A DNA stretch of 64,000 nt from Oscillospiraceae bacterium (lineage in GTDB: Bacteria > Bacillota > Clostridia > Oscillospirales > Ruminococcaceae): positions 16,832 through 80,831 of the forward strand of contig JAFXZM010000004.1 of the NCBI GenBank assembly GCA_017541275.1, read 5' to 3'. Each line of letters begins with the position of its first letter. Positions within the stretch are counted from its first letter, which is position 1. The notes beneath the pieces are model-generated. The model was not told the origin of the DNA and ran no database searches. It saw only the letters and a program-made list of their open reading frames with translations. A program made the position numbers and the translations under genes. Shown here one piece after another: positions 38,692 through 49,400 of the stretch.

Positions 38692-40812
38692 TCAGTTGTT
38701 ATCCGACGAGCCGAAATACGTAAAGCCGAGCATCGTCAGATCATCGAACTGCGGTGCCTTGCCGACAAATTCACTGACGGATGATTTGACGTTGGACAGC
38801 AGCGTCTGCGGATCGGCATTCGGATTCCTGTTCAGTGCCTCAAGCATCCTGTCAGTGCCGTACAAATTATCCTGCGAATCAGTCGCCTCCGGCACGCCGT
38901 CAGTATACATAAAAACAGTATCACCGGAGAAAAGCTGAAAATCATGCTCACGGAAGCTCAGCCCCTCCATGGTCGCAAGCGGCATGGAATGTCTGTACTG
39001 AACCAGCTCGAAGGCTCCGCCCCTGCGGCGCAGTGCGGGGTGCTCATGTCCTGCATTTGCAGCCTTTCCCTTTCCTGTCGATATCTCGATAATCGCAAGC
39101 CAGACCGTAACAAACAGCTCTGCTTCGTTGCCTGCGCACAGCTTATTGTTGACCTCTGACAGAATCTTCGCGGGCGAATAATCTCCGATATACGCCTGAT
39201 CCTTCAGAAGCGTTTTTGCGATCACCATAAACAGTGCCGCCGGAACGCCCTTGCCGGATACATCCGCAACGACCAGCGCGAGATGGTCATCGTCGATCAG
39301 GAAGAAATCATAGAAATCTCCGCCGACCTCCTTTGCAGGTGTCATCGAAGCAAAGATATCGAATTCATTGATCTTTTCCGGGAACGGCGGGAATATCCGC
39401 GGCAGCATATCCGACTGAATCTGTGCGGCGATATTCAGCTCTGCGGAAATACGCTCCTTTTCCGCCGTAACGCTGGTGTAGTTCTCGATATACTCGCGCA
39501 GGGAGACCGTCATCGCCTCAAAGCTCTTGGAAAGCTGCTCAATCTCGTCGTTGGTTCTGATCTCGCATTTATAGTCCAGATCGCCCGTTCCGATGCGCTC
39601 AACCGATTTGTTGAGCTGGATGATCGGAGAGGAGATCTTTCTTGATATCCGGATTGCACTGACGATTGCCAGCAGCAGAAGCAAGAGCAGGCTTCCGCCC
39701 CAGATAATCAGCGATGAATTGACCATGCTGTTCTCATCGCTGACAGCATCTGATATCGTTCTGCTGAGCAGTGAATTCAATTCCACCGAGGGCTCAAGAA
39801 TGGTATCCTTCGGTATCACAAATACAACATTCCAGTCGGAATAATCGACCGAATGAAAAGCGCAGTACAGCTCCTTATCATCCTCAAGGGATACTTTTTT
39901 GATGCCGCTTCTGCTTTCGGTTATTGTTTCGAGCAGAGCCTTTTCGCCCTCTGCGGAGCATTGCAGCACCTTGTCGGCTTCTTCGGCGGAGCCCTCTGAA
40001 ACGCAGATAACACCTGCCGACGAAACCATCATCGCATAGCTGTCCTCCGTAACGTCTATGCCCAGAATGACCTTGTCCAGATCCTTTATCAGAATATCCA
40101 TTCCGCAGACGCCGAAAAATCTGCCGTCAGGCGCAGTACACGGAACAGCAAGCGTCACCATTTTGCCTCTGCCGAAGGAGTCCTCGTATGTATCGGAGAG
40201 ATACGGCTGACCGCTGTCGCGGGTTACCGTATACCAGCCGGCATTTCGCCCCTCATAATGCGGCGGCTTGGTCTGCGGCGTATTGTCATAGCCGATATTC
40301 AGTCCGGATGCGCCGGTAAAATAGATAGAGAGGATATTCTCATTTTTTTCAAGCGTGCGCTGGAACAGTCCCTTGAGATTGCCGAGGCGATATGTTTCCT
40401 TCTCCATATCACCTTCCATCTCCATTCCTTCGGGGAGATCCCACTGAAGGCAGTATTCGCCCGGAGGGGAATCCAGCGGATGCGGATACGGACGCTCCTC
40501 ATAATCATCGGGATTGATATAGATATCCTCGATGCTGCCCGCCATGATATTCAGGGTATCATACATTTTGTCGATCTTGGCATTGACGGTCTGGGCGCAG
40601 TTTTTGGCATTCTCAGCCGCCTGAGAGGAGGTGAGCTCAATCAGCATTTCCGAGCTTCCGCTGATGGAAATATCCTCAGTCTTTTCAAAGATATCCTCAG
40701 TCAGCATTGCCATACGCTTCAGTGAGGCAAACGATACGACGAAGCTGATGAAAACTGCCGACAGCACGAGCATAAGCGTTCTGGCAAGCATCTTGCCGCG
40801 AATACTTTTCAT
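38692..40812 (-). CDS. membrane sensor PP2C/SpoIIE-family protein phosphatase with extracellular sensor and HAMP domains
   Basis: AGGAGGG RBS. Two TM segments flank a ~300-aa extracellular domain. HAMP (SSPIIQLNKSVERIGTGDLDY). PP2C motifs GGDFYDF and VVADVSGKGVPAA. Confidence 0.85.
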   Translation of the reverse strand: MKSIRGKMLARTLMLVLSAVFISFVVSFASLKRMAMLTEDIFEKTEDISISGSSEMLIELTSSQAAENAKNCAQTVNAKIDKMYDTLNIMAGSIEDIYINPDDYEERPYPHPLDSPPGEYCLQWDLPEGMEMEGDMEKETYRLGNLKGLFQRTLEKNENILSIYFTGASGLNIGYDNTPQTKPPHYEGRNAGWYTVTRDSGQPYLSDTYEDSFGRGKMVTLAVPCTAPDGRFFGVCGMDILIKDLDKVILGIDVTEDSYAMMVSSAGVICVSEGSAEEADKVLQCSAEGEKALLETITESRSGIKKVSLEDDKELYCAFHSVDYSDWNVVFVIPKDTILEPSVELNSLLSRTISDAVSDENSMVNSSLIIWGGSLLLLLLLAIVSAIRISRKISSPIIQLNKSVERIGTGDLDYKCEIRTNDEIEQLSKSFEAMTVSLREYIENYTSVTAEKERISAELNIAAQIQSDMLPRIFPPFPEKINEFDIFASMTPAKEVGGDFYDFFLIDDDHLALVVADVSGKGVPAALFMVIAKTLLKDQAYIGDYSPAKILSEVNNKLCAGNEAELFVTVWLAIIEISTGKGKAANAGHEHPALRRRGGAFELVQYRHSMPLATMEGLSFREHDFQLFSGDTVFMYTDGVPEATDSQDNLYGTDRMLEALNRNPNADPQTLLSNVKSSVSEFVGKAPQFDDLTMLGFTYFGSSDNN

Positions 40813-40815
40813 CTG

Positions 40816-41547
40816 TTATTCCCTCCTGACAGCGCGGAGCTCTCCGCATTCCGCAAAGAACGAGCTGCTCAATGCGGCGATTTTCCCGTAATCAAAGACA
40901 AAAACCTGCGGTTCTATGGTAACGGTCAGTCCGTCAAGGCAGATATTCCGCCGCGGAAGCGTGCCGTCAAACCGTGCGCCGATCGCCTCCATGGCCATGC
41001 GGCTCGGAATGTTGATCTGGTCGGTATGAAAAACGCCTTCTGCGGATTCATATTTCAGCACACGGTACAGATCGCCGATGCCAATCTGATAACCGGCCTT
41101 CAGAAACGCCTCGGCACAGGTCACATACATCGCCTGCGCGATGCTTTTTCCGCCGGATTCCGACGAAACAGCGATTTCACGCGGATAAATACAGTTTTCC
41201 GCATGCTCATACCGGGAGCCTTTATAAAACTCGTTTGTCATGCACGACCACAGGGAACCGACGATATTGCCGTTTTCATCCTTAATAACCGCCCAGAAGC
41301 TGTCCGGACTGACGATCTGTTCCGTGATCTCTTCTTCATTCATGACTATGAACATACCGCCCTTTTTCTCAAAGCGAAGGGGGCTGTCCTCTGAAAGTTT
41401 GGTTTTATAGTTGATCCTGTCAATTCTTGTCTGCTCATAGATCACCGAAATCTGTTTCGCATCGGATACGGCAGCTCTCGAAAACGTATATTTTCGTTCG
41501 CCGATGAGGAATGTGCCGCTGTATTCGATTTTACTACACTCAATCAT
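40816..41547 (-). CDS. hypothetical protein (possibly GNAT-like acyltransferase)
   Basis: Internal ATG (MIECSKIEYSG...). Overlaps the upstream gene by 8 nt. The function is a weak guess from size and pattern. Confidence 0.4.
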   Translation of the reverse strand: MIECSKIEYSGTFLIGERKYTFSRAAVSDAKQISVIYEQTRIDRINYKTKLSEDSPLRFEKKGGMFIVMNEEEITEQIVSPDSFWAVIKDENGNIVGSLWSCMTNEFYKGSRYEHAENCIYPREIAVSSESGGKSIAQAMYVTCAEAFLKAGYQIGIGDLYRVLKYESAEGVFHTDQINIPSRMAMEAIGARFDGTLPRRNICLDGLTVTIEPQVFVFDYGKIAALSSSFFAECGELRAVRRE

Positions 41548-42133
41548 GACGCTTTCCTTCCTTGTCCTCCTTCGCATGCTTCGGTATCAGCCCTATCACA
41601 TTATACACATTCTCCGCAGTAATCAGAAGCGGCAGACCGAGCAGGATTGAAAAGACAACATTATTGGTAATGATTGACACAGAAAGATCCTTCAGGCTGA
41701 CCTCCGGGAAGCTGATGCCGACTCCGAACGCAATAATTCCCGCAATCAGCGAGGCGACCAGAACGGTCAGCGCCGCATAAACGAAAACCTCGCGGATACA
41801 CCTAATATACGGCCGTTTTTTCACTGTTTTATACCAGATCACATATGCGAGATAGGTGCCGAGAAAATTGCCTGCAAAGCCTGCCCATGAGCTGATCGCT
41901 AACGTGCCTCCGAGACAATCCCCAATCAGATTGCCGATTGCACAGCCGAACGCACCGTAAATGCCAAACAGCAGACCGAACAGCATATTGAAGCAGTTGA
42001 CAGGCCGAATCTCCGTAAAGCCCGGAATCAGGCTCATTACCTTGAACGGAACCGCAACAAACACAAAGATCGTGCTCAGGGCAGCCACCAGCAGGATTCT
42101 TTGTTTTACATTCATTTTGGATACATCAAGCAT
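41540..42133 (-). CDS. small polytopic membrane protein (ECF S-component/QueT-like)
   Basis: ATG (MLDVSKMNVKQ...) after GGAAGGAAAGAG. About five TM segments. IRPVN...GAFGCAIGNLIGD pattern. Confidence 0.45.
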   Translation of the reverse strand: MLDVSKMNVKQRILLVAALSTIFVFVAVPFKVMSLIPGFTEIRPVNCFNMLFGLLFGIYGAFGCAIGNLIGDCLGGTLAISSWAGFAGNFLGTYLAYVIWYKTVKKRPYIRCIREVFVYAALTVLVASLIAGIIAFGVGISFPEVSLKDLSVSIITNNVVFSILLGLPLLITAENVYNVIGLIPKHAKEDKEGKRHD

Positions 42134-43028
42134 CTTTCTCTTTCCTTCCCAAGCTGAAAAGGTCAAGCTCTGAGCAGAGCGTCCCGCCGACGATCAGGAG
42201 ACAGCCGCCGGCCTTGGGCAGCGTGATCGGTACGGAGTCTCCGAGAATTCCGGGAATCACGGCGGCAAGGATCACACCGAAAATGATCTGAAAGGAATAA
42301 ATGACGCTGCATGTCGCAGGTGAAGCATATTTCTGCGCAATCAGATTCATAAATGCCGCATACCCGCAGATCAGATATCCGTCCATAAAGACGCTGGAGA
42401 GCATCTCCTTTGAGTATTCAACAGCAAAGAAGGTTCTGGGCTGCAATACAAACCATATCACAAACGAGATTACCGCGACCATGACATCAATCAGCACGGA
42501 CAGAACAGCGACATCGCTCTCCTTGGCAAAATCGTTCATTTTAATCAGATAGAATGCACGTATCACGCAGACCAGCAGCATGATCGCAGGGCCCTTGATA
42601 TCCATGCTGCTGATACTGCTGAAGCCCGCAAGGAGAATACCCATCAGAATGACTGCCATGCCGGCGAGATTGCTTTTCGTCACCTTTCTGCCCATTACAA
42701 GCAGCATCAGCGGAATGACTGCCAGCGTGAAGGAAATAATGACGGAGCCTGACGCAGAATCCATGAACCGCATGGCGAGTATGATTAAGGTATTATAGCC
42801 GATGCTCATAACGGATAAAAACGCTGCATCAATCAGCTCACGCTTGTGAATTCCCTTCCGCAGCCGTTTGAAGAATGCTGTTCCGAGAAGCAGCGCACCG
42901 ATTCCGTAGGTCATTGTCAGAACCGCAAACGGCGATACGGTGGAAGGTATATTTTTCATCAGGATCATTTCTGATGCCCATAGTGCCGAAACACTAAGGA
43001 GTAAAATATAATACTGAATTTTATTCAA
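42126..43028 (-). CDS. DMT-superfamily (EamA-type) transporter
   Basis: 300 aa, ten hydrophobic segments arranged as two EamA halves. Confidence 0.8.
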   Translation of the reverse strand: MNKIQYYILLLSVSALWASEMILMKNIPSTVSPFAVLTMTYGIGALLLGTAFFKRLRKGIHKRELIDAAFLSVMSIGYNTLIILAMRFMDSASGSVIISFTLAVIPLMLLVMGRKVTKSNLAGMAVILMGILLAGFSSISSMDIKGPAIMLLVCVIRAFYLIKMNDFAKESDVAVLSVLIDVMVAVISFVIWFVLQPRTFFAVEYSKEMLSSVFMDGYLICGYAAFMNLIAQKYASPATCSVIYSFQIIFGVILAAVIPGILGDSVPITLPKAGGCLLIVGGTLCSELDLFSLGRKEKDA

Positions 43029-43343
43029 GCTTTTTCTTCCCCTGTCATATGAAATAAAGCATCTCCTGCCGGAACGGCCCGCGGCTTTCAGACAGTTGTG
43101 CAGCAGTCGGATGCTGTCCGCTGTTCAGATAATCCAAACAGTATATTTATATATGCCGTTTCCATAACGTAAATATTGTACGGCATGATATCTAAACTAT
43201 CTGTTTATTATACCATATTGATGAAAAAAAAGCAATGGAAGCGTCAGAAAAAATCACGGCAACGTGAGAGCCTCATTATCAATGCATCGCAGATACCGCA
43301 TAAAAAGTAAATGCTGCCGCCGTGGTATTCGCAGCAGAAAGGC

Positions 43344-43372
43344 TTGCAAATTATAGGGAATTGTGGTATAAT
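43344..43372 (+). promoter_or_regulatory. strong sigma-70-type promoter with extended -10, upstream of the helicase operon
   Basis: TTGCAA-17 nt-TATAAT, with TGG immediately 5' of the -10 (TGnTATAAT). Lies in an AT-rich 400-bp spacer. Confidence 0.6.
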
Positions 43373-43437
43373 GTATAGTATATATTTCCGATCGAGAAAA
43401 AATATGTACACAGTTACGCCCCGCGGCCCGAAAGGAT

Positions 43438-46431
43438 GTGAAAAGCGCCATGGTGTTTTCCACCATTGTATCTGACAGTCAGAATCGTTACAGGATTGAA
43501 CGTGATTTTCATGCGGAAGCATTCTCCGATTCAGATCAGGAATCGGTATCCGAACTGTGCGGGCGTATCTGGAGAAGCACACCGCTGCTTGGTGAGTTCA
43601 TCCTGAGCAGCAGGGAACAGGACAGGGTCCTGTCGTCTGCCGCAGTCATACTGAAACAGATGATATGCATGCCGGCTGCACATCAGAGCCCTGCCAATGA
43701 GCGTATTCTGGCAATGGCAATGGTTTTGCTGACACAGGCACAGGACAACGACGAAAACGACAGCAAATTATGGGATTATCTGCTGACACAGCTTGGCTAT
43801 GATGATGCCGCTGCGAAAAAATGCTCAAAGCAGACCCTTCGGAATAAAGTGACTGAAATTCTCGACCATGTTTTTCAATATGAGGGAAAGTTTTATTCGG
43901 AGGACGGCCACCGATATTTCAATACGCTGCGGCTCCATGCGCTCGCACCGACACAGAGTGTTGAGCATCTGTACAACCTGCTGTATGATTTTTATAAAAC
44001 GAATTTGGAGTGCCAGTATACGGAAGGCGACAACAGCTACCGGATTTTTGTGCGGCAGATCTGCAAGCGCTGGCAAAACAAATCCGCGGACGATCAAACA
44101 GAATCGGATATGAAAACCCGTTCCGATTATCTGGCGGCCAGCTTTCGGGAGCTGTTTACGCAGCGGCCGGAATATACCGCAGCGCTTTGTGATGCGCTTG
44201 TTTACCGGATGGATGTGATGCTCCGCGGAAGCACAGATATCTTTGCAGAGGAAAACCGCTGGGATCAGCTCATGCTCGGCTGGTACCGCAGAAAAGCGGA
44301 GACAGAGCGGCAGCGCATGAAGCAATCCTCCGCACAGGCCAGAATCTCGCGCATTGTGACCGATTCCGCCAAAATCGCCCCGGCCTATCATTATAAGGAC
44401 GAGCAGCTATCACTGTTTCTGCCGCGCATACGTCTGCCGGAAATCACAGAGCGTCCGACGGCAGTTCTGCTGCAGGGCGGGCGTGTGATTGACAGCATGC
44501 AGCTATCGGTGTTCGGCAATGACCTTTGCCTCACGACCCGCGAAATACAGATTATTCTTTCCGGCCGGGCGCACATCGACTGGGACAGCCCGATGGACTT
44601 CCGGATTCTGCTTCAGTGCGGCGGCAGGCTGCTCTATGATTCCGGGCAGCAGCTATACCGTTCTTATCTTTTGTTCCGGGTCGACGGTGAAGAAACCAGA
44701 CGCATTCCGCAGGTTTCCGCAGCCATGTATCTGGTGTACGGCTGGAATTCCGAAATGATGTATGATGAAACGGAGGACGTCAATTATACATACGGCTCCG
44801 ATTTTCAGGTGTTTGAATTTATCCCGTCATCACTGCGGCTGCTTTCCGTAAACGGAAAGAATCTGCTGCAGAAAAAGGGACAGGGAATGCAGTGCATGAT
44901 ATACGGCGACAGAGTTCCGGATGCCAGTGTGACCGGCTTCGGAGAAACCGCACTGCTTTTCAGAAGCAGCCCGTATTTGTATGTTTCTGCGGATTCCGCG
45001 GAGCAGATGAAGCAGTATGTATGCGACATCAACGGCACAGCGCTGCCGCTGTATCAGGCGGCAAACGCAAAGACCGATGCAAGGATTCCGCTGCCGGCGG
45101 CACAGAATCAGATTGGCAGGGTCGCTGTCCGCAGCTTTTATGACGGCAGAATCATTTTCGAGCAGTTATATTCTGTTCTTCCGGATTTCACACACCGGTT
45201 TGAACCGGCGTATTATTATTCCGGACAGCTTTTCGGAAAAGTGCATATTTCAGCCATGAACCGGCAGAATACGATCTCGTTTGAGCTGAGCCGCGATCAG
45301 CATTCGGTTACGGTTCCGCTGACACCCGATATCGGGCTGACGCTTTCTGCACCGTGGATTCAGGCAGAGCTGAACGGAGAGGATGCCTTTTCCTTGCCAG
45401 CATATATCTGGAAGGATTTTTTTCAGCAGCATCCGTTTTTGCAGATTACAGCACCGAAATGGCTGGAGATTCACCTGATGCTGGGCGGTACGGAGCTGCC
45501 CCGTCAGCAGAACGGCTACGACATCCGGAGCGCCGTCCGTGCCCTATGCAGCAATGCCGCAGGCACACCGAAGACCTGTCCGCTGGGAATCCTGCTCAAA
45601 AAAAGCGGCGCTGCGAAGCCGGATCAGATTCTGTTGTCCAACCTTGCCCTGCACCCGTTTTTAACTGAATCGCCGGTCATTTGCCGCGACAGAACAATCT
45701 ACTGGGAGCCAAGCGGAAAGTATATCGGCCCCGCCTGTGATACCATCCGGGTGCTTCTGGAAAATGATGAAGGAACAGAACCGTGGGTTTATGTATGCGA
45801 TCCGAAAAAGTCGTTCATCATTGAAAAGGCTTTTCCCTGCAAAGAGGGCAGCTACCGCTATGAAATCAGAGCCGAACAGGCAAATGCATTACAGGCGCAA
45901 GCCGAGCAGACATTGCTTCAGGGGGAAATCATCATCCGCGATCCGGAGGAGCTGCGCTATGAAGGCGCCGTGATTTACCTGACAGCCGCGAAATTTGAAA
46001 CAAATAGCTGGCTTTCGAGCTGGGAGGCAAAGATTCCATTTGGCTGTGCGAGACTGGTCGATATTCAGTATGAAACGATCTCGGTTCCGCTGGAAGGCAA
46101 ACTGAAGGATTATCAGGATCCGGTTCCCTGCTTCAGCGCATTTTTGCAATTCCGCATCGCAAGGGTGCAAAAATGGAACGATTTTAATTCCGACCCGGAT
46201 AACACGGAATATACGCTGATTAACCCTGTTCTGTTCTGGCAGGTCACATCGGAAAGCGGTTTGGATTATCTGATTTTGCAGGGCAGGGACGGCCGGCGAA
46301 TCATGATGGAGGAATTCCGAAGCGGCTGCGTCAGCGTTGTGAACCGCAGCAGCGCACAGATACCCGGCCGCCGGCGAAAACGGGCAGACCGTTTTGAATT
46401 TCAGGTCGAGGCGGATGCAGATGTTGAATAA
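43438..46431 (+). CDS. large uncharacterised protein, first gene of the candidate defence operon (DruH-like by size and context)
   Basis: 997-aa ORF (alternative ATG at 43450). I found no P-loop, nuclease, methylase or TM motif. The stop is 11 nt before the helicase gene. Confidence 0.6.
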   Translation: MKSAMVFSTIVSDSQNRYRIERDFHAEAFSDSDQESVSELCGRIWRSTPLLGEFILSSREQDRVLSSAAVILKQMICMPAAHQSPANERILAMAMVLLTQAQDNDENDSKLWDYLLTQLGYDDAAAKKCSKQTLRNKVTEILDHVFQYEGKFYSEDGHRYFNTLRLHALAPTQSVEHLYNLLYDFYKTNLECQYTEGDNSYRIFVRQICKRWQNKSADDQTESDMKTRSDYLAASFRELFTQRPEYTAALCDALVYRMDVMLRGSTDIFAEENRWDQLMLGWYRRKAETERQRMKQSSAQARISRIVTDSAKIAPAYHYKDEQLSLFLPRIRLPEITERPTAVLLQGGRVIDSMQLSVFGNDLCLTTREIQIILSGRAHIDWDSPMDFRILLQCGGRLLYDSGQQLYRSYLLFRVDGEETRRIPQVSAAMYLVYGWNSEMMYDETEDVNYTYGSDFQVFEFIPSSLRLLSVNGKNLLQKKGQGMQCMIYGDRVPDASVTGFGETALLFRSSPYLYVSADSAEQMKQYVCDINGTALPLYQAANAKTDARIPLPAAQNQIGRVAVRSFYDGRIIFEQLYSVLPDFTHRFEPAYYYSGQLFGKVHISAMNRQNTISFELSRDQHSVTVPLTPDIGLTLSAPWIQAELNGEDAFSLPAYIWKDFFQQHPFLQITAPKWLEIHLMLGGTELPRQQNGYDIRSAVRALCSNAAGTPKTCPLGILLKKSGAAKPDQILLSNLALHPFLTESPVICRDRTIYWEPSGKYIGPACDTIRVLLENDEGTEPWVYVCDPKKSFIIEKAFPCKEGSYRYEIRAEQANALQAQAEQTLLQGEIIIRDPEELRYEGAVIYLTAAKFETNSWLSSWEAKIPFGCARLVDIQYETISVPLEGKLKDYQDPVPCFSAFLQFRIARVQKWNDFNSDPDNTEYTLINPVLFWQVTSESGLDYLILQGRDGRRIMMEEFRSGCVSVVNRSSAQIPGRRRKRADRFEFQVEADADVE

Positions 46432-46442
46432 AGGAGGAATGT

Positions 46443-49400
46443 ATGGAACGGTTTGATCCCATTCAGGCATCAGAACAAATCAAGGAATGCTTTATAGATT
46501 ATATCACGACCTCCTTCCGTATGGCAGACGATACCTATGCAGAACTGCTGCGGGAGGAGCTGCGCAGGGAGGGCAGCATTGCCCGCGGCCCGTATCTGGA
46601 TGTCTCCGGCTCCTATAAAACCGGGGCGAGCCTGACGGAATTGATGAAAAGCGGAGAGGTCAGCCCGCTGTTTCAGGCACTTGAGCCGATCCCGGAGCAT
46701 GACCGGGAGCTGAAACTGCTGCGGCCGCTGTATCTGCATCAGGAGGCAGCATTAAAAAAGGCAAATGCGGGAAAGAATCTGGTCGTAACAACCGGAACCG
46801 GCTCCGGAAAAACAGAATGCTTTTTGATTCCGGTGCTGAATGCGCTGCTCCGGGAACGGGAACAGGGGCCGCTGACCGATGCGGTCCGGGCGATTATCAT
46901 TTATCCGATGAACGCGCTTGCCAATGACCAGATGAAACGGATGCGGAAGCTGCTGCAAAAGTATCCGGAAATCACATTCGGCATTTATAACGGAAATACC
47001 CGCCATACGGAGGCAGATGCCAGACGCGATTACAAAACGGCCAACGGAAAGGATGCCGAGCCGTACACCAACGAGCTGATCTCCCGCGAACGGATGCAGA
47101 AAACACCGCCGCATATTCTGATTACGAATTACTCGATGCTCGAATACATGATGCTCCGCCCGAAGGATGACAACGTGTTTTCCGGTGCAAAGCTGCGGTA
47201 TATTATTCTGGACGAGGCACATATTTACAAGGGGACGACCGGAATTGAAACCGCCATGCTGATGCGGCGTCTGCGTGCCCGGATCAGTACGCGGGATACG
47301 GTGCAGTTCATTCTGACCAGTGCAACCCTCGGCGGCCGGGACGCTGACATGGAGATCGTCCGCTTTGCAAAGACACTGTGTGAGGTTGATTTTGCGCCTT
47401 CTGACATTGTCCGTTCGGAGAGTGCATTGCCGCCGATGACCGGCATGGAGACTTACCCGCCGGAGCTGTTTGTGCAAATCGCGCACAGGGAGAAACCGGT
47501 CGCAGAGGTGCTGGCTGATTTTTCTGTTCCGGATTATGCACCGGACGGAGATGATGCCGAAAAATGCTATGCGCTTCTACTGCATTCCGCACAGTTTCAT
47601 GCGCTGATTCTGAATACGGCCGAGCCGGTCAGCATGAACAGGCTGTGTGCCGATATGCACGGAATGACGCCCTCACAGCTCAGGGATTTTATTTCCGTAT
47701 GCACATATGCGGAAAAAGATCATGTCAGTCTGATTAAGGCGCGGTATCATTTCTTTGTCCGCGCACTGGAGGGCGCGTATGTCACGCTGAATCATCCGCA
47801 AAAGCTGTTTTTGCAGCGCAGATCACTGCTCACAAATCCGGACGGCTCACAGCAGACCGCATTTGAAATCGCCGTCTGCCGCGACTGCGGACGCATGGCG
47901 CTGGTCGGCCGTGAGAGCGACGGCTTTCTGCATCAGGTTTCCAGAAAAAGCGAACGCGATCCGAATGCCTGCGAATATTATCTGATCGCAGATGATTCGT
48001 TTCAAACGATTGATGACGGCGCATCCGATCTCAGTGAAGATGAGGAAGCAGCCGGTGAAGATTTTTCCGTCTGTGCATGCTGCGGAAAGCTCGGCACAAA
48101 GGCGGATATCCGGTTCGGTGCATTCTGCGGCTGTGAAAAGCCGGAGTATGTCACGCTGAAAAGAGTCCTGAGAACGGAAAGCGGAGCTGCCAAATGTCCT
48201 GCCTGCGGGTTCGGTGCATTGAGAGCGTTTTATCTCGGCAGCGATGCGGCCACGGCTGTTCTGGGCACAGAGCTGTTTGAACAGCTCCCTGATACAGAGC
48301 TGCTTCCGCAGGAGAAAAAAGCCAAAGCGCCGGAGGGCGCGGGATTCGGCCTGTTCAAGCCCAAGGCGCTGCTCCCGAAAAAAATTACGAAGCCGCTGAC
48401 AAGACAGTTTTTGTGCTTTTCCGACAGCCGCAGCGAGGCAGCCTATTTTGCAAACTATATGGAGAAATCCTATCAGGAATTTCTGCGCCGCCGTGCGATT
48501 TTGCAGGTAGCAGATGCGCTGCGGGCGCAGGGACAGAGCGAGATCTCCGTGACCGCGTTTGTCAGCCGGCTGATACGGTTCTTTGATGAAAAGAAAACCT
48601 TTGAAATCTGGAGGCCGGACGGACATCAGGATTCGGATGCACTGCATATAGAAAGTGAACGGAATGCGTGGATCGCAGTCCTGAATGAAATGTTTAATGC
48701 AAGGCGCGGAACCAGTCTGACGGCACTGGGAAGACTGTCCTTTGAGTATCAGCCGAATCAGGAGTATATCTCAGGCGTTGCCGAAAAATACGGTCTTACG
48801 GAGCAGGAAAGCAAGGACCTTCTGAATCAGATTGCGATGTACGCTGTTTATACAGGCGCCGTCAATGCAGGCAGGCAGCTTGCGCTGAATGCAGCAGAGC
48901 GGGAATACATTTTCTTCTCTGAATATGAGAAAAAGCTCGTGCTTCAGAAAATGTCCGGCATGCCGAGCACCATCACCGGCTGGGCCGGGCGAAAGCGCAG
49001 CTCCGGCACCTATTATCCGAATTCCCGGATGCAGCGGCTCAGCAATACGCTGGGCATGACACCGGAGGAAGCGGATACCTTTCTGGAGCAGTACTGGAAC
49101 GGCGTCTTTCAGCCGGAGGGCGCGGAGTACATTTTATCCGCAGAGGATTTTCACATCCGTTTTCTCGGCAATCCGGAATTTCACTTTTTCCGGTGCAGAA
49201 AATGCGGGGGCGTTACGCCGTATAATGCCAGAAACCGCTGTGCCTCTGTTCGCTGCGACGGCACGCTCGAACCGATTGATCCGGATGCATATTTCCGAAA
49301 CAATCACTATCTGCGGCTGTATCAGAATCCGCAGATGAGCTCGCTTCAGATCAAGGAGCATACGGCGCAGCTTTCCAAGAATCACCAGACACGGTATCAG

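Noticed and set aside
42100-42170. An expected preQ1 riboswitch, if the 41540-42133 gene were QueT
   Set aside because: The gene overlaps the upstream EamA gene, so there is no leader region. The QueT assignment is therefore kept tentative.
43244-43582. 112-aa minus-strand ORF in the AT-rich spacer
   Set aside because: It overlaps the promoter and 5' end of the helicase operon, has no RBS, and has an odd composition.
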